A DNA stretch of 63,050 nucleotides, filler included, from Porpidia crustulata (Eukaryota), in the NCBI GenBank assembly GCA_964255105.1. It is 5 parts of 5 records of this genome, joined end to end, with 100 filler letters (N's around TTAATTAATTAA, not from the genome) between each part and the next. Parts side by side here need not be neighbours in the genome. Positions count along the whole stretch, not along the records: positions 37,905 to 50,434 come from CAXUWE010000522.1; positions 50,535 to 63,050 come from CAXUWE010000523.1; 3 more parts are not named here. One strand, written 5' to 3'. A model generated the notes under the pieces. That model did not search any database, was not told where the DNA came from, and saw nothing but the letters and a program-made list of their open reading frames with translations. Numbering within the stretch: position 1 is the stretch's first letter; every line of letters starts with the position of its first letter. The translations under genes and the position numbers were made by a program. Below, in pieces: positions 39,572 to 54,700 of this stretch.

Positions 39572-41357
39572 ATGATGATCAAGTACAATCCCAAACGAAA
39601 GCCAAAGGATCGGCCCCCGCCTCGCCGTGCTGCCAAGAGTGGCTTGGGTAATCATCATTCTTCTCCACATTCTGTCTCTCCAAATCAGACCCATTCAACA
39701 CCTCACCTTCCGCTACGTCCCAATCCTTCAGATCCTCCTCCGTACACCCTACATCCTCCAGAAAGAATCATACAAAGTACGGTGGCATCCAACTTAACCA
39801 CGCTGCCTAGATCGAACCCGGCTGCGTCCCGAGTTGCTATCGACCCACTGGCAACTCGAGATGGCCCCAAGCAGTGGCTACCGAAAGTGCCAGATGCGTT
39901 GCATCATAGAATATCTCTCTGCGACCTAATATCTTCCAAACTCGACGCCGTCATCACTTCAATTGACGGAGAAGTATTTAGCGGAGACGAGAGGGAGCTT
40001 GGTCAGTAATGTTTCAGTGATACGCTGCAAGATGATTCCATTGACTGGAGGCTAGCTATTTATGAAGAACCCTCACCAGCTATTCGCGGCGGATGGGGCT
40101 CCACGAGTAGAGAGATACCTAATAGGGCCATCACTTCAGCTATCGTTAGCACGAATTACTTTACCAAGGTCAATTTTTATGCCAATTCTCGACTACCTCC
40201 CAACCTTCCTGAGTTGAAGCTGTAAGCTATTTGTATGTTTTCTAACATCTTGCCACTGACCATAGTGCACAGGTACATGCCCTCTTACCCTCTAGTGTGT
40301 CTCGCAGCACAATACTCTCAGCGAGTCTACACCAAGCCCAACGGCAAGGAACGGGAAGCACATGTCGAAGCAGATTGGCGCCATGGAACAAAAGCAATGG
40401 TCATCAAGTCTGTGCCAATTGACGATATGGATACTGTTGTTTTTGCCATCAGAGGCAGTCAAACATTCATGGACTGGGCCGTAAACCTAAATTCTGCTCC
40501 CGCATCTCCTGAAACTTTTTTGGTAAGCCAACTCGATACTAGTCCATTGCTTTCAAGACTCATGATATCTGTAGGACGATCCTGGTAATCTTTGCCATTC
40601 CGGTTTCCTCTCAGTCGCCCGCAAGATGATGAAACCCGTCGCTGCCCGCTTGCGCTCTCTTCTCGAAGAAGACCCTTCCCGAAGTTCCTGCTCCCTCCTT
40701 ATAACAGGGCACTCCGCCGGCGGTGCCGTCGCTACTTTACTTTACGCGCACATGCTCGCTGAGAAAGCGAAGTCGGAGCTTAATACCTTGACAAACCGTT
40801 TCAAACGCATCCACTGTGTAACGTTTGGTACACCACCAATATCACTGCTCCCTCTCACTAAACCACCAACATTGCGACACAAGAAAAGTCTCTTCTTGTC
40901 GTTTATCAACGAGGGCGATCCTGTGCCGAGAGCAGATAAAGCCTATGTACGCTCCCTTCTCGACCTCTATGCTTCCCCCGCACCCGGCACTACATGTGCC
41001 GTCACCAAACTTCTCCCCCTTCCTCCCCCCGGAACCCCTTGCAAATTTGGTCTCAAGCGTCCGAAAGCAAAACGAGGGAATAGTGCACCTGAACCGCCTC
41101 CGCGAAATCAACAATGGCTTTGGAAAGTCCCGCCCAGTGCACTCTCTAATGCAGGACGACTCGTGGTGCTGCGGTCTGCGGACGACGGGAGGGCTGGGGT
41201 CAACGGGATGGGTGACGATGTAAGGGCAGAAGTTACGTGTGATCAGGAACTGAGGGAAGTTGTGTTTGGCGATCCCGTCATGCATATGATGCGGGTGTAT
41301 GCGAGACGAGTGGAGGTTTTGGCAACTAAGGCAGTGACGGCGAAGGTGTGGGGGTAG
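39572..41357 (+). CDS. Lipase class 3 family protein, multi-exon
   Basis: Motifs VVFAIRGSQTFMDWAVN, CHSGFL, LITGHSAGG, CVTFGTPP, NEGDPVPR, and C-terminal MHMM. Pro-rich N-terminus. Confidence 0.88.
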
Positions 41358-42048
41358 ATGGACTACATACACGGGGATTCCCAAGAATGGTGGACATCGA
41401 GTCTACGGCGTGGAGCTGGATGGCCAGTTGAACGGGGTTGGGCGGCGAATGGGATTTTACTTATACCAGGGATGCGAGGGCTGGCTGGCTGGCTCTGGGC
41501 TTGAATGGAAGGGAAGATCATGCGTATTTAGCGAGTCTGGTGGAGCGTCACGGCCTTGACGACACATATTTCCCTCTACTCTCAAACAAAATCCGAATTG
41601 ACCGAGTTGATTTCAAATGCAAGCATCAATTCTTCATATAGGCTTGCAGGTAAGGATTCGGGGGTTCCGGAGTCCTTTTGATTTGCATAGTGTGTAGCCG
41701 ACGACGATTGCTTCTTACAATCTTCGCATCTTATACTTATCATGATTGTAGGTAGGTGCTCGTCGTCGGAGTTTCGATGTTAGATTACGGTAGATAACAG
41801 GCTAATTGAACTTTCTGCGGGATTGACAGGCGGGGCAGTCTAGAGCATCGATAAGGCTGTTTCAGATTGGTGGATTGATGTGGAAGTGGGAGAAGGCCCG
41901 AACTGCATCATTTGGTGATTCATGCTTGCCAACTTCGGGCGCCAGCAGTCCTCCATTTCTCTCAACCTTCGAGTCAATGTATAATTTCTGTGTAACTTGA
42001 TTCATTGCAATGAACAGATGAAAAGGCCATCGCAAGGGTCACGATCAG

Positions 42049-44174
<2,126 letters not shown>

Positions 44175-44733
44175 AAACGCACATGCCCGATATCCACATC
44201 ATCACGATATTCACGACTACGTACTATTCTGTACATCACAAGTTCCTTTGACCGGTGAATGATTTGGGGTTTTTATTGCGGCGAAGAAGCTTTATGAGAC
44301 TATTGAAGCTGCAAGGGAAGTCTACATATACATGTGGGTAGTTTATGGGGAATCCGCATGGCCTTGTATAATACCTTGATTAGAGGAGAGTTGTTATATA
44401 GAGGGGGAGTTTAGAATTCTGTGTATATATGGTTATCGACCACGGCAAGGAACCCCATGTCGAAAGGTCTAGGTTGGACGAAATTGTAAAGGCTGTCGCA
44501 TACTTCTGTGATCGCACTTTTATCTATCTATTTGCTGTCCATCTAAGCTTCATCAGAGGTGATTTATTCAGCCCTACAGAGCATGGGTAGTACGGCCGAG
44601 GTCGGAAGCAAGTGATTAATTTCCTGACAGTTTTCTTATCAGGTTGAACGATGACCCTGTAGCTTTGTAGCTGGGGAGCCAGACACATTGAGATTATGGA
44701 CCTTTCGAAGGATTAAATTTATTGTCACGTTCA

Positions 44734-46593
44734 ATGCTCTCCGCAGTGAGAGCCTGTGGGGCTCGCCCGAAACGCAATTTTTCTAGATCGCTTGCCAATT
44801 CGTGAGCCATATGATATCCCAAAACAAAGCAAGAGGACTTCTGACAGCGGTACAGATACCCTCTCTTTGGCACAGGCCCCCGACGCACGGAAAGTACATC
44901 GACTCCACAGCTCAACAAAACCAGCCAGCATGTTACGCAACCCAAGTCCCAAGGCGCTTCGCAGGCGATGCTGTACGCAACCGGCCTGGAGCCCTCGGAT
45001 ATGTCCAAAGCCCAGGTTGGTATATCCTCCGTCTGGTACTCCGGGAACCCTTGCAACATGCATCTGCTCGACCTTAATAACAAAGTCAAGGAGGGCGTGG
45101 AGCGTTCGGGGCTCATAGGGTATCAATTCAACACGGTGGGTGTCAGCGATGCGATATCGATGGGGACCAAGGGTATGCGGTATTCGTTGCAATCGCGGGA
45201 TCTGATCGCGGACTCGATTGAGACGGTCATGGGGGGCCAATGGTATGATGCCAACATTTCGATACCTGGCTGTGATAAGAATATGCCTGGGGTTGTCATG
45301 GCTATGGGGCGTGTCAATCGGCCTTCGTTGATGGTTTACGGTGGCACTATCAAACCGGGGTGTGCCGTCACTCAGAATAATGCCGACATTGACATCATTT
45401 CAGCTTTTCAAGCTTACGGTCAATTTATTACTGGTGAGATCAATGAGGAACAGCGCTTTGACATAATTCGGCACGCGTGCCCTGGTGGTGGTGCTTGTGG
45501 GGGAATGTACACGGCAAACACTATGGCTACAGCAATTGAAGTCATGGGCATGACGCTGCCTGGGTCCTCCTCGAATCCCGCTGAATCCAAGGCCAAGATT
45601 CTTGAGTGTTTAGCAGCTGGTGGTGCCATTAAGAAATTACTGACTGAAGACATCCGTCCCTCTGATATCCTGACCCGTCAAGCTTTCGAAAATGCAATGA
45701 TACTCGTAAATATTACTGGTGGCTCTACTAACGCTGTGCTACACTTGATAGCCATTGCCGATTCCGTTGGCATCAAACTTACCATTGACGACTTCCAATC
45801 TGTCAGCGATCGCACTCCGTTCCTAGCAGATCTCAAGCCTTCGGGAAAGTATGTCATGGCTGATCTGCATACGATCGGTGGAACGCCCGCTTTGCTCAAA
45901 TATTTACTCAAAGAAGGTGTGATCACTGGCGACGGAATGACCGTAACAGGGCAGACTCTAGCCAAGAATCTCGAAGGAGCACCGGACTTCCCTTCTGATC
46001 AAACAATCATCCGACCCCTCAGCAATCCAATAAAGCAGACCGGTCATATCCAGATACTTCGTGGAAGCCTTGCGCCAGGAGGCTGTGTGGGTAAAATCAC
46101 CGGAAAGGAAGGCTTGCGTTTCGCAGGCAAGGCTAAGGTCTTTAACAGCGAAGACGAAATGATCCTTGCCCTGGAGAAGGGCGCAATCAAGAAAGGCGAA
46201 AAAACGGTGGTCATAATACGCTACGAAGGCCCTCGAGGTGGACCAGGCATGCCAGAGATGCTGAAGCCAAGCAGTGCAATTATGGGAGCAGGCCTGGGGC
46301 AAGACGTTGCGCTTCTTACCGACGGAAGGTTTAGCGGAGGCTCACATGGATTCCTCATTGGTCATATCGTTCCCGAAGCGCAGGAAGGTGGGCCGATTTC
46401 ACTGGTGGAAGATGGTGATGAGGTGGTGATAGATGCAGATACCAAGAGGCTGGACGTGAAGATCTCAGATGCGGAGATGGAGAAGAGAAGGAAAGCCTGG
46501 GTTCGACCAGCTTTGAAGTATGAGAAGGGGACGTTGAAGAAGTATGCTAGTCTCGTGACTGACGCAAGTCATGGATGCATCACGGACGCTTGA
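44734..46593 (+). CDS. ILV3: Mitochondrial dihydroxy-acid dehydratase
   Basis: Presequence-like exon 1 [19 protein letters not shown], then an intron. Motifs [43 protein letters not shown]. Confidence 0.97.
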
Positions 46594-48042
46594 TTGGAAA
46601 CCGACAATCGCTCGTCGGTGCAAGGCGGTGACTGTCCGCAAATCGAGTAGAAACTCCATAACATCCCAGACTGGCGGGCAACGGGATGGTCCACATCTGG
46701 AGTGTGATGAGTAGAGAGGGTACTAAGGAAGAAATTATCATCCACGCAATGGCGGAAATAAAAAATAGCAAGATGGGAGGTATGATACTTGCATGAATGC
46801 TCCAAGACTACGACAGTTCTAAGTGGATTGGGATCAATATTGTAAATAGAATCATCCGTACGGAATCTAGGATGATACGTTCTGAGCGTTGCTTCGCGCC
46901 CCATTTGACGCGGAGCGACCCTGATACTACAGTCTCTTCGCTTTTCCATGAATATCCACTGTAGGGAGCTAGCCTATTCGTGAAATATTGAGCACGGCAA
47001 GGCAGTCGCTAATCTCCATTCGGTAAGCGAATCTGGAATTATCGCAATCCTTGTCCGGCGGGAATAGGACAACGACCGCAATCAAAATAATTCCCGTCAT
47101 TTCATTCCATGCGACACAACTAGAGCTTGGTGACGCTGCTTCTTACACGGAATAACCACTATTGATTTCGAGCAGACCAAGCCTTTCCGAAATGCGACGC
47201 TGAAGATTAATTACCGCACTCGATATAGCTGGAAGGAGCTGGAGAATACGACGGGGAACGATCCGTGGGATTGAAATATACACAGATTCATCAGTGCGTA
47301 TACACACTCTTTCTCCTCACATCTCTTTCTATCATATTTCTTGTTTCGTTGGTCATGATGTCAGGGGTTTCAGTATGCACAAGAGAACACGGCACGGGGA
47401 TGGGTCGTATATTCCAGGTATTCAGTACAAGCCTTGCCTTTGGAAACGGGGTCAAAGGAAGTTCTTCAGAGATATGGTCAGGAACAGCTACCAGCGGGGA
47501 GCCATCCACGGCGGCAGATGAAAGCGTCGGATGTGCTACCAAGTTATGACACCGCTGGAATGCTCAAAGGACACCTCGGCTCGTAGCATCAGACAACTCA
47601 GCTGTCTAGTAGTCTGATTGTCTGCACTGATATTCGCTAGAATGCTGCTTCGACTGCATCGACAAATGCTGGCTTTCAATTGGCCAGCCTTGATTGTCTA
47701 TCCCACTTTTTCTCATTAAGTATCATGATGTATCTTGTTTTTACCTAATGGTCCATTGTCTGGACCAACTATCGAAGCATATGGACCAAGAGGCCTAGCT
47801 ATCTGCGGACTTATTGTTGCATCGAAACTGTTTATCCATAGTTGGATCTACGACCATTTGAAAGACACAACTACCGCCGCACAGAAACAGGCTGGGTGCG
47901 CCTTCCACTTTTATGCAGTCGAAGCTCTGGCTAGTGGGTCACCTGGATGTATCTCGGGTCTCCTCTAGTCCTACCCCAAAGCCATTATTTTTTGGTACTT
48001 CTATAACTTGTTCAGGAATTGTGCGCGAAATAATTTCATTCA

Positions 48043-49064
48043 ATGGCTTTTCAAAGTCTATCGAACACAGAAATGGATCTTGAAACTGATACGCAATCAA
48101 CAGTGGTAACAAGCACACTTCCGCACACTCTTCCTCCTTCAGTGGAGGAAGCTTACAAGAAGAAATGCATCGAGCTCAAGCGGCGGTTACAAGAGGTCGA
48201 AGAAGCTAACGATACTTATCGCCTTCGTAAAGTGCGACTCATGCGCGGTATCCGGAAAATGCGCCTCGAACGTGCGTTTCTTCTCGAGGCTCTCGGGAAG
48301 CGGATGAAAAAGAATGGCAGTGGGTTCAATGGTATGCAAGGAATTTATGACGAGGACAGTGAAGGTAGCAGCGAGGGACCGCCAACGGTACGTATAATCT
48401 GATGTCGAGAATGAGCGAATGCTTTAACGACTTGTCTTGGAGGAAACTGAGACTTGCATCATTCGTATAGCCCCGCGAGAAGCCTCTACGATCCAAGCGT
48501 AGCCACCGCCGGCCAGTTCCGTCCCCACCGTCACATCTTGTCCATCAACTTTCCACTCCCAACGCTGCACCGCACCCTCATGCAATGCAAGGCTTCCAAG
48601 GAGTCTTCCATCCAAATCAAGAAGCGCCCTTCTCCGCCATTGCAACCACCAATGGAACACCAAAGTCCCATCTTCAACCCCGCCCCAACCACTCCATGGC
48701 CCACTCCAACAATCAGAACCCCCAGCTGGCTCGGGGCCCACGACGTGTGACGCAATTCGACGACTTTTTTGAGGTGGTTTATCTGAGCCGCGCCCAGGAC
48801 TACCCAAATTGCCATTCCCAAGACGACCTGGTAGCACTTGCCCAACGAGCCTGGCAGGAGATGAGCGATTCCGAGCGAGAGCCCTGGAGGGTCAGATACG
48901 AGCACCGGGAAGCGCACTTTCATGAGACCATGGCAGAAATGGCAACCCGGGGAAGCAGGGAGCGGCTAAGGAACATGGATGCTCGCGAGACTAGGGATGT
49001 GGAGATGGAGGAGCAGGGCGGCGGCGGCGGTAGTGGGGCGGGGTTTACTGCGGTAAACGGCTAG
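48043..49064 (+). CDS. Nhp10-like INO80 subunit (coiled coil plus HMG box), 2 exons
   Basis: N-terminal YKKKCIELKRRL...KMRLERAFLLE, intron about 48388-48470, then PREKPLRSKR and HMG-like AWQEMSDSEREPW. Confidence 0.75.
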
Positions 49065-49580
49065 GAAGTAAGACAATGAAGAATCGAACCTGGCAGGAAT
49101 TTTTGTTGGGCAGCAGGTAGGAGTGGGTATAGGGAGCAAAGGACAAGAAAAAGGGGGTATTTGTACGGATATGGCAGCTGTTGCTTTTGTTGCTTTTCTT
49201 CTCGACCGTATTGTATGAAACTTTGGTGGTGCTTTTGCTCTGGAATTGTAGGATACACTAGGACAGCTAGAAAATCTATTACTTCATGTGTAGTTATCCA
49301 AAGACAATTTACGAAGTGCTTATGTGGATGCAGAGAAGGTGGACGATTGCCCGGCGAGGCGGTTTTCCAAATGTGGTAAAGTTATGGGTAGGGCAATGCA
49401 GGGATGTCGGAGGACAAAATCCCGGCAGTCTGGCTCGCTAAGCATGGGTTGCGTTAATCGTGCAGGACGTTATATAAATGCCGAACATAATGCAGATTGA
49501 TACAACACAAGGAAAGACAACCATATTGCACTGATAACATATTCCTCAATTAAGACGCAGGATACAATATAACGGCTTCA

Positions 49581-50434
49581 ATGGCTGCAACTGCCACCGA
49601 GTCGTCACCTCTGATCACGCCCACACCCATCACCGCAATTCCTCCCAAACCCCAGAGAACCGTGACCTTTAATCCGCATACCACTATCAATAATCCAAAC
49701 GGTGCGAATGCTCAGATATCACCGCTCCGAATAGCTCACCATTCATCCCCGAGCTTCTCCAGTACCCAGCATGGCTCCACCGGCCAACCAATGCTCTCCA
49801 CAATCAACAGCAAGCTTCGACGGAGAAATAGTCATGGTTCACCTCTTCCGACCCCGCCAATGCTTGCTTCAAAAATTGGCCCACAGAGAACTACAAAGAA
49901 TGCTCAAAAACTAAAGCTTCTGCCGAATCCCGATCCGGGAGAAGAAGGACCGGACGAAGAAAGCGGGAGAGACGTATATTCCCAATTCACCAGAATAAAA
50001 GATCCCACCGCACGTCGGGATGCAGCAAGACTAGGGAAAGCGGATCGGGATAAATTACCTAGAGTAACGGCATATTGCACAGCGAGTGCGTACCGGTTGG
50101 AAGGACTGATGAAATTTCTAAAAGGGAGAGCAAGGACGAGAGGAACGAGTCCAAAACAATTCGACGAGTGTATATATTCGCCTTACAACTACATCCATGG
50201 TCGAGTGACACCCGACAAAGCCCGCCTGGTCGATGATATCGACAGCGTAGTTCTCGAAGCGTCATTACCAGACGTCGAACGCCCACCCATGCGCGAGCGG
50301 AGATATTCAGATAGTGAGCTTGAAGTCGAAGAAACTCGCCACCAGCATCGCGAAGATTTAATAGATCTCCATACCTCCGCTGGCGATACCTCACTCGAAA
50401 ACGGCGAATCATCAATCCCCAACCCCACCGTCAC
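49581..50434 (+). CDS. RMD1/DUF155 family protein, 3'-truncated at the contig end
   Basis: Motifs GPQRTTKNAQKLKLLP, RVTAYCTASAYRL, FDECIYSPY. Confidence 0.82.
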
Positions 50435-50534
50435 NNNNNNNNNNNNNNNNNNNNNNNNNNNNNNNNNNNNNNNNNNNNTTAATTAATTAANNNNNNNNNN
50501 NNNNNNNNNNNNNNNNNNNNNNNNNNNNNNNNNN
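50435..50534. other. Artificial contig spacer
   Basis: 44N-TTAATTAATTAA-44N. Confidence 0.97.
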
Positions 50535-51753
50535 GGTTTCTTGCTACTGTTTCGAGAACGGTCGTGCGCGATTTTTGGGATGGAAAGGGATGGGTTTGGA
50601 TGCTGGGTTTAGGGATGGTGTGTAGATGATATGTAGATATATAGATAGAAAGTAGTCTTTAAATTGAATGATACGTGGGTTCTAGTTGAATAAAAAGATC
50701 GTTACTTTGCTCGCGCGCTAAGGTTTGTTCTATTCATTGTGCCCTCTCATGCTCTTCTTCTGCTCTTCTTCTGCGTTCATACGCTTTCTTATCGCTCTTC
50801 TCCTGCTTTTGTCTGCTCTCTTCATACTTCACCGCGCTCCCTCTTAGTCTCTTTCGACTCCCTCGCCAACCGTTCAGGCTGTTGAGACTTTGCAAGTTAA
50901 AACGAAACCGTTGACCTAGTTCGAATTCGGGTGCTAATCGTATAGCTCCAAGATGGTCGTGCCGATAATCTTGTCATGGGGTGTTGACTGATCTAACTTA
51001 CCGTGTTCAATAATATCTATATCGTGATAGTTATCTTGGCATTCAGCGTTGAAATCTACCCTGAGGAGAAGGACCTGAGTTTAAGGGGGCGCAAGTGCTG
51101 CAGCGTGTTTATTGTGTGCAAGATATAACAAAAGACGGTGATGATAAATACTTTCTACTACAACCGAGATGAAATGTTGCTGACTTGCAAGCAAGGATGT
51201 CAAGGTTACTATCGTTTTCGTTGCACGACTGGCCGGCACCTCTCTCTTGTAGTCCTGAAACTGTTGCAATCGTCTTGGCGACTAAGGGGAATTAGCTCAA
51301 TACGGTGGAGTGGTTGTAATTCGAATTGTGGGATTATGGATCAATTGAAGATCGGCGGATTAGGCAATGAAGATTCTCTACTGAGATAGCTCACGAGTAT
51401 TAGTGTCTTTACGTGAGATTGTAACGCAGATGTGATGTCGCTAAATGAAGAAGCACTTCTATAGCGAGGGATCTGTGGGATGCGTAGATGCTTATTACTT
51501 ACTTGATTGTTGATGACTTAAAGAGAGTGTCGTCTTGGGATTTTGTTTGGAGAGAGAATCTATGTCTGTGCATTCTACTTGCCAGCTTGCTGCTGCATGG
51601 TCTGGGCTTGCTTCCGGGGTTGCTGTTGCAATGCAAAAGTGTTGTAGCTGAAGTTTGCAGTAATAGGACCTGCCCAAGCCTGTTTAGTGAGCCATAGCAT
51701 GGGAGCTATTGCCTCAATGTGGGAGGGATTGTACTGGACGAGGCCTTGCATGG

Positions 51754-54700
51754 TTAAAAAGACTCAGGAACTTGTAGGGAGGGCCTATTCCCTCCTAACA
51801 AAGACGGTCTTTTCACAGGTACATTCGACCCCAGCTCCACATTGTCCAATCCTCGCTTGATCACAGCAACTTCGTCCCTCTTTACGAATAGAATGTCTCC
51901 ATTTTTCACCATCCCAAACATCAGGTCGACATTTGTGCTCAGCCAATCGGCTGGAAGGAAGAAATGGTAAGAGAAATCATCGACGCTAGGGTTTTGTAGA
52001 TTCGCCGAGCAAACCCAGGTGCTACTATGAAGAAACACTAACTTGTGGTCACGCTCTCCAATGAGTGTCTTGACTTGGTCGGCCAGAGAGCGATATCTTG
52101 GAATAGGTGCTGCACTTTCTGACGATGCACTGAAGTCGGAGCTGTCCCAGAGCAACAATTTGGACTCTGACTGTGGTCTTGTGGAGTCGCTGAAGGTCGT
52201 GGCGATAACGGTGCCGTTGAGGCAAGAAGTTATAGATCGGATGGAAAGCTCCGGGAGTATGCTGCCCCCGAGTAGTATTCCCTCTGCGCCTGTGAGCCGA
52301 TGCAATGCCTTCCACTCGTAGACATGTGCAATGGTTTTCGTTATGAGTATCAAGTGGTCTTGTCGAGATGGATGTATTGCCCATTTATATGCCTCGCGGC
52401 CTTCCCAACGGATTTCATTTACGATCGTACTTTCGTTTGGGGAAATCGACCACAGAGTATTGTTCTTGGCTGTGCACACAAGTAGTCGTGTGAATCCTTG
52501 GTTGCTCAGAACCTGATCTACTGCGACTCCTGCGCGATGATCGAACAAGGCCTCGGTAGAGTCCCAGCGGTCCTCCCGTCGAACCAGCCTGTGGACCATT
52601 ATCCGACTGGAGGAGTCTACGCTGCTGAGCGCATAGGTCTCTTCGTCAAGGTAGAGGGACAATATCGAGACGCCGTCTGCATGGCTAAAAAGCTTCTGGC
52701 TCTGTTGACCAGACTTGGTCTCGTACAAATAGACTGATCCGTTCTCTTTGCCACAAAACGCTACCCTGTCCTGTCCATGACACACCAATGAAGTGATTCG
52801 GTTCACTTCGTCGGAAGACTCCAAGCTGACCTCCTGAGCTGCTGTTGAGACAGAAATAGTATCGCTATTCTCTTCCTCAGCATCCTGCCTCACTAGAACC
52901 GTAGGATCCCACACTCGACACTGCGAACCTCGAATGTCTAACAAACGATGGCTGTCTCCATTAAATGCCAATTCTTGGATACCGTAATCATCTGAATTAA
53001 TACGATAAAGAAGTTTCAAAGTCTCAAAGTCAAAGAGCTGTATAGTACCAGTAGAGTTGCCGCAAGCCAATGTACGTCCGTCAGAGGAGCACGCAAGTGT
53101 CTGCGCATTAGCTAGCGTCGTCGCTCTGACCGTACTTTCAGAGGTATCAAACAACACAAGATCCCCATCGGAGTAGGAGGCCGCGAGCAGGACCGTGCTT
53201 GATAGTGTGCTGAAAATCAGCCCGATTGCGCCAGGACTGGTATTTCGTGGCCCGCCAGGAGAGCGAACACCGGTTTCTTTGCAGTAAGTCTCGTGGAGCG
53301 AGTCCCTCGCAAGGTCCCAAAGCAGTATATCTTGACCCCTGTAGACTACAGCCAAGAGACTTGATTCAACACAAAAAGCAGCAGCTATTGGACGACGGAA
53401 AGAGTGGCGGTTAGGGCCTTCTAGGTCTAGTGTCCAATCTGCAGAATCTCTAAGGGTACCAGTAATAAGATCCCAAACCATTAAGGTATTGTTGCGTAGC
53501 GCCCCGAGGAGAAGTTCTTGTTCTTCCATGAATGCAATTGTCAGGCACTGTTGAGCTATCTCGAACTCCCATAATTGATTCCACGAGGAGGTCTCCCACA
53601 TGCGGACTACTTTCAGACCTGTTGACGCGAGAACATCAGTCCTCTTCCCGAACCGCAGAATCCTTACAGCTTCGTGGTGCTGCAGTGTTCGAGTTTCTTG
53701 ACAGGTTATCTCATTGTAGACTACAATTTTCCCACTGGCCATGCCAATTGCGAAGTAACTGTCGCAACAGGCCAGGGCTGAAAATCGCTCAGATGCGTTT
53801 CCGATAGTGGATAGGCAATCGTCCCAGGTCATACCAGATAATCCAAGGACGGAAATCCCGCGTATAGATGCCGCAAAGTGTTTCCGAGGAGCTGTCTCGG
53901 GCGGGCAGAAAGGTGGGATGAGGTGAAAGATAGATGATGGAGAGGACACCAAATTCTTCCCAAACTTCGTCACAAGTCTGACAAGATCGGTAGCCCAAGA
54001 GCCTAGAAGCGCTACTTCTTTTCCGAAAGGCGATAAATGATGCGATCTTCGTTGCAGGAAATGTTTGAATACTTTCCCTGTTTGAATCAAACGATTGAGG
54101 TCAGAGTGTATCGCAACATACTCAATCCAAGCTAGCACGTTTGAAGAACTCAGGAATTTGGCCAGTGCAAACATTGTATCATCGTCCGTTGACGACACAT
54201 GAGCGACGTGCTCGAAAAATGAGTTGCACGCATATGTTACGAATGGACAGCGCTGCTTGACAACATTACTTGCGCTAAGCCTTCGATGTTTTGGACCCTG
54301 CATTTCCTTCCCGTTGAGATATTGAAGACAGGTCATGACTAGCCTTTTATGGCCTGCTTTCCCATCGATTGCGAACTCCGACGGACTGCCGGTCCGTAGC
54401 AGGAAATCACGGGCTGTTTGATGTACCAGCTGTACTCGGGACTGCGCATCAACATAGACTAATTGACCGCAGCTTGATACAATCGATCTCTCAATACTGT
54501 CTATGCTGTCTTTTATGTCGATTTGAAGTGCGTGGTATAGCTCAGTCGTTGTAAGGGGTCGAGCAGAACAAACTGTCCAGGTCAATATCGCTTTAGCGAG
54601 CTTTTTGCCGTAGGGTGCTGTCGACATAGAATCAAGAATCCGCGAATACAGTTCATTCATATCAGACGGAACTTCGTCAAGCACCTGGCGGATCTCGGCA

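Noticed and set aside
44734..46593. ILV3 as an AstD-type self-resistance gene
   Set aside because: No terpene cyclase or P450 on the contig. Neighbours are housekeeping genes and it has a normal mitochondrial presequence.
52000..53800. HET-E-type hypervariable WD40 array or amyloid signalling motif in the NLRs
   Set aside because: The WD repeats are highly degenerate with no near-identical units, and I saw no amyloid-like motif at the N-terminus.
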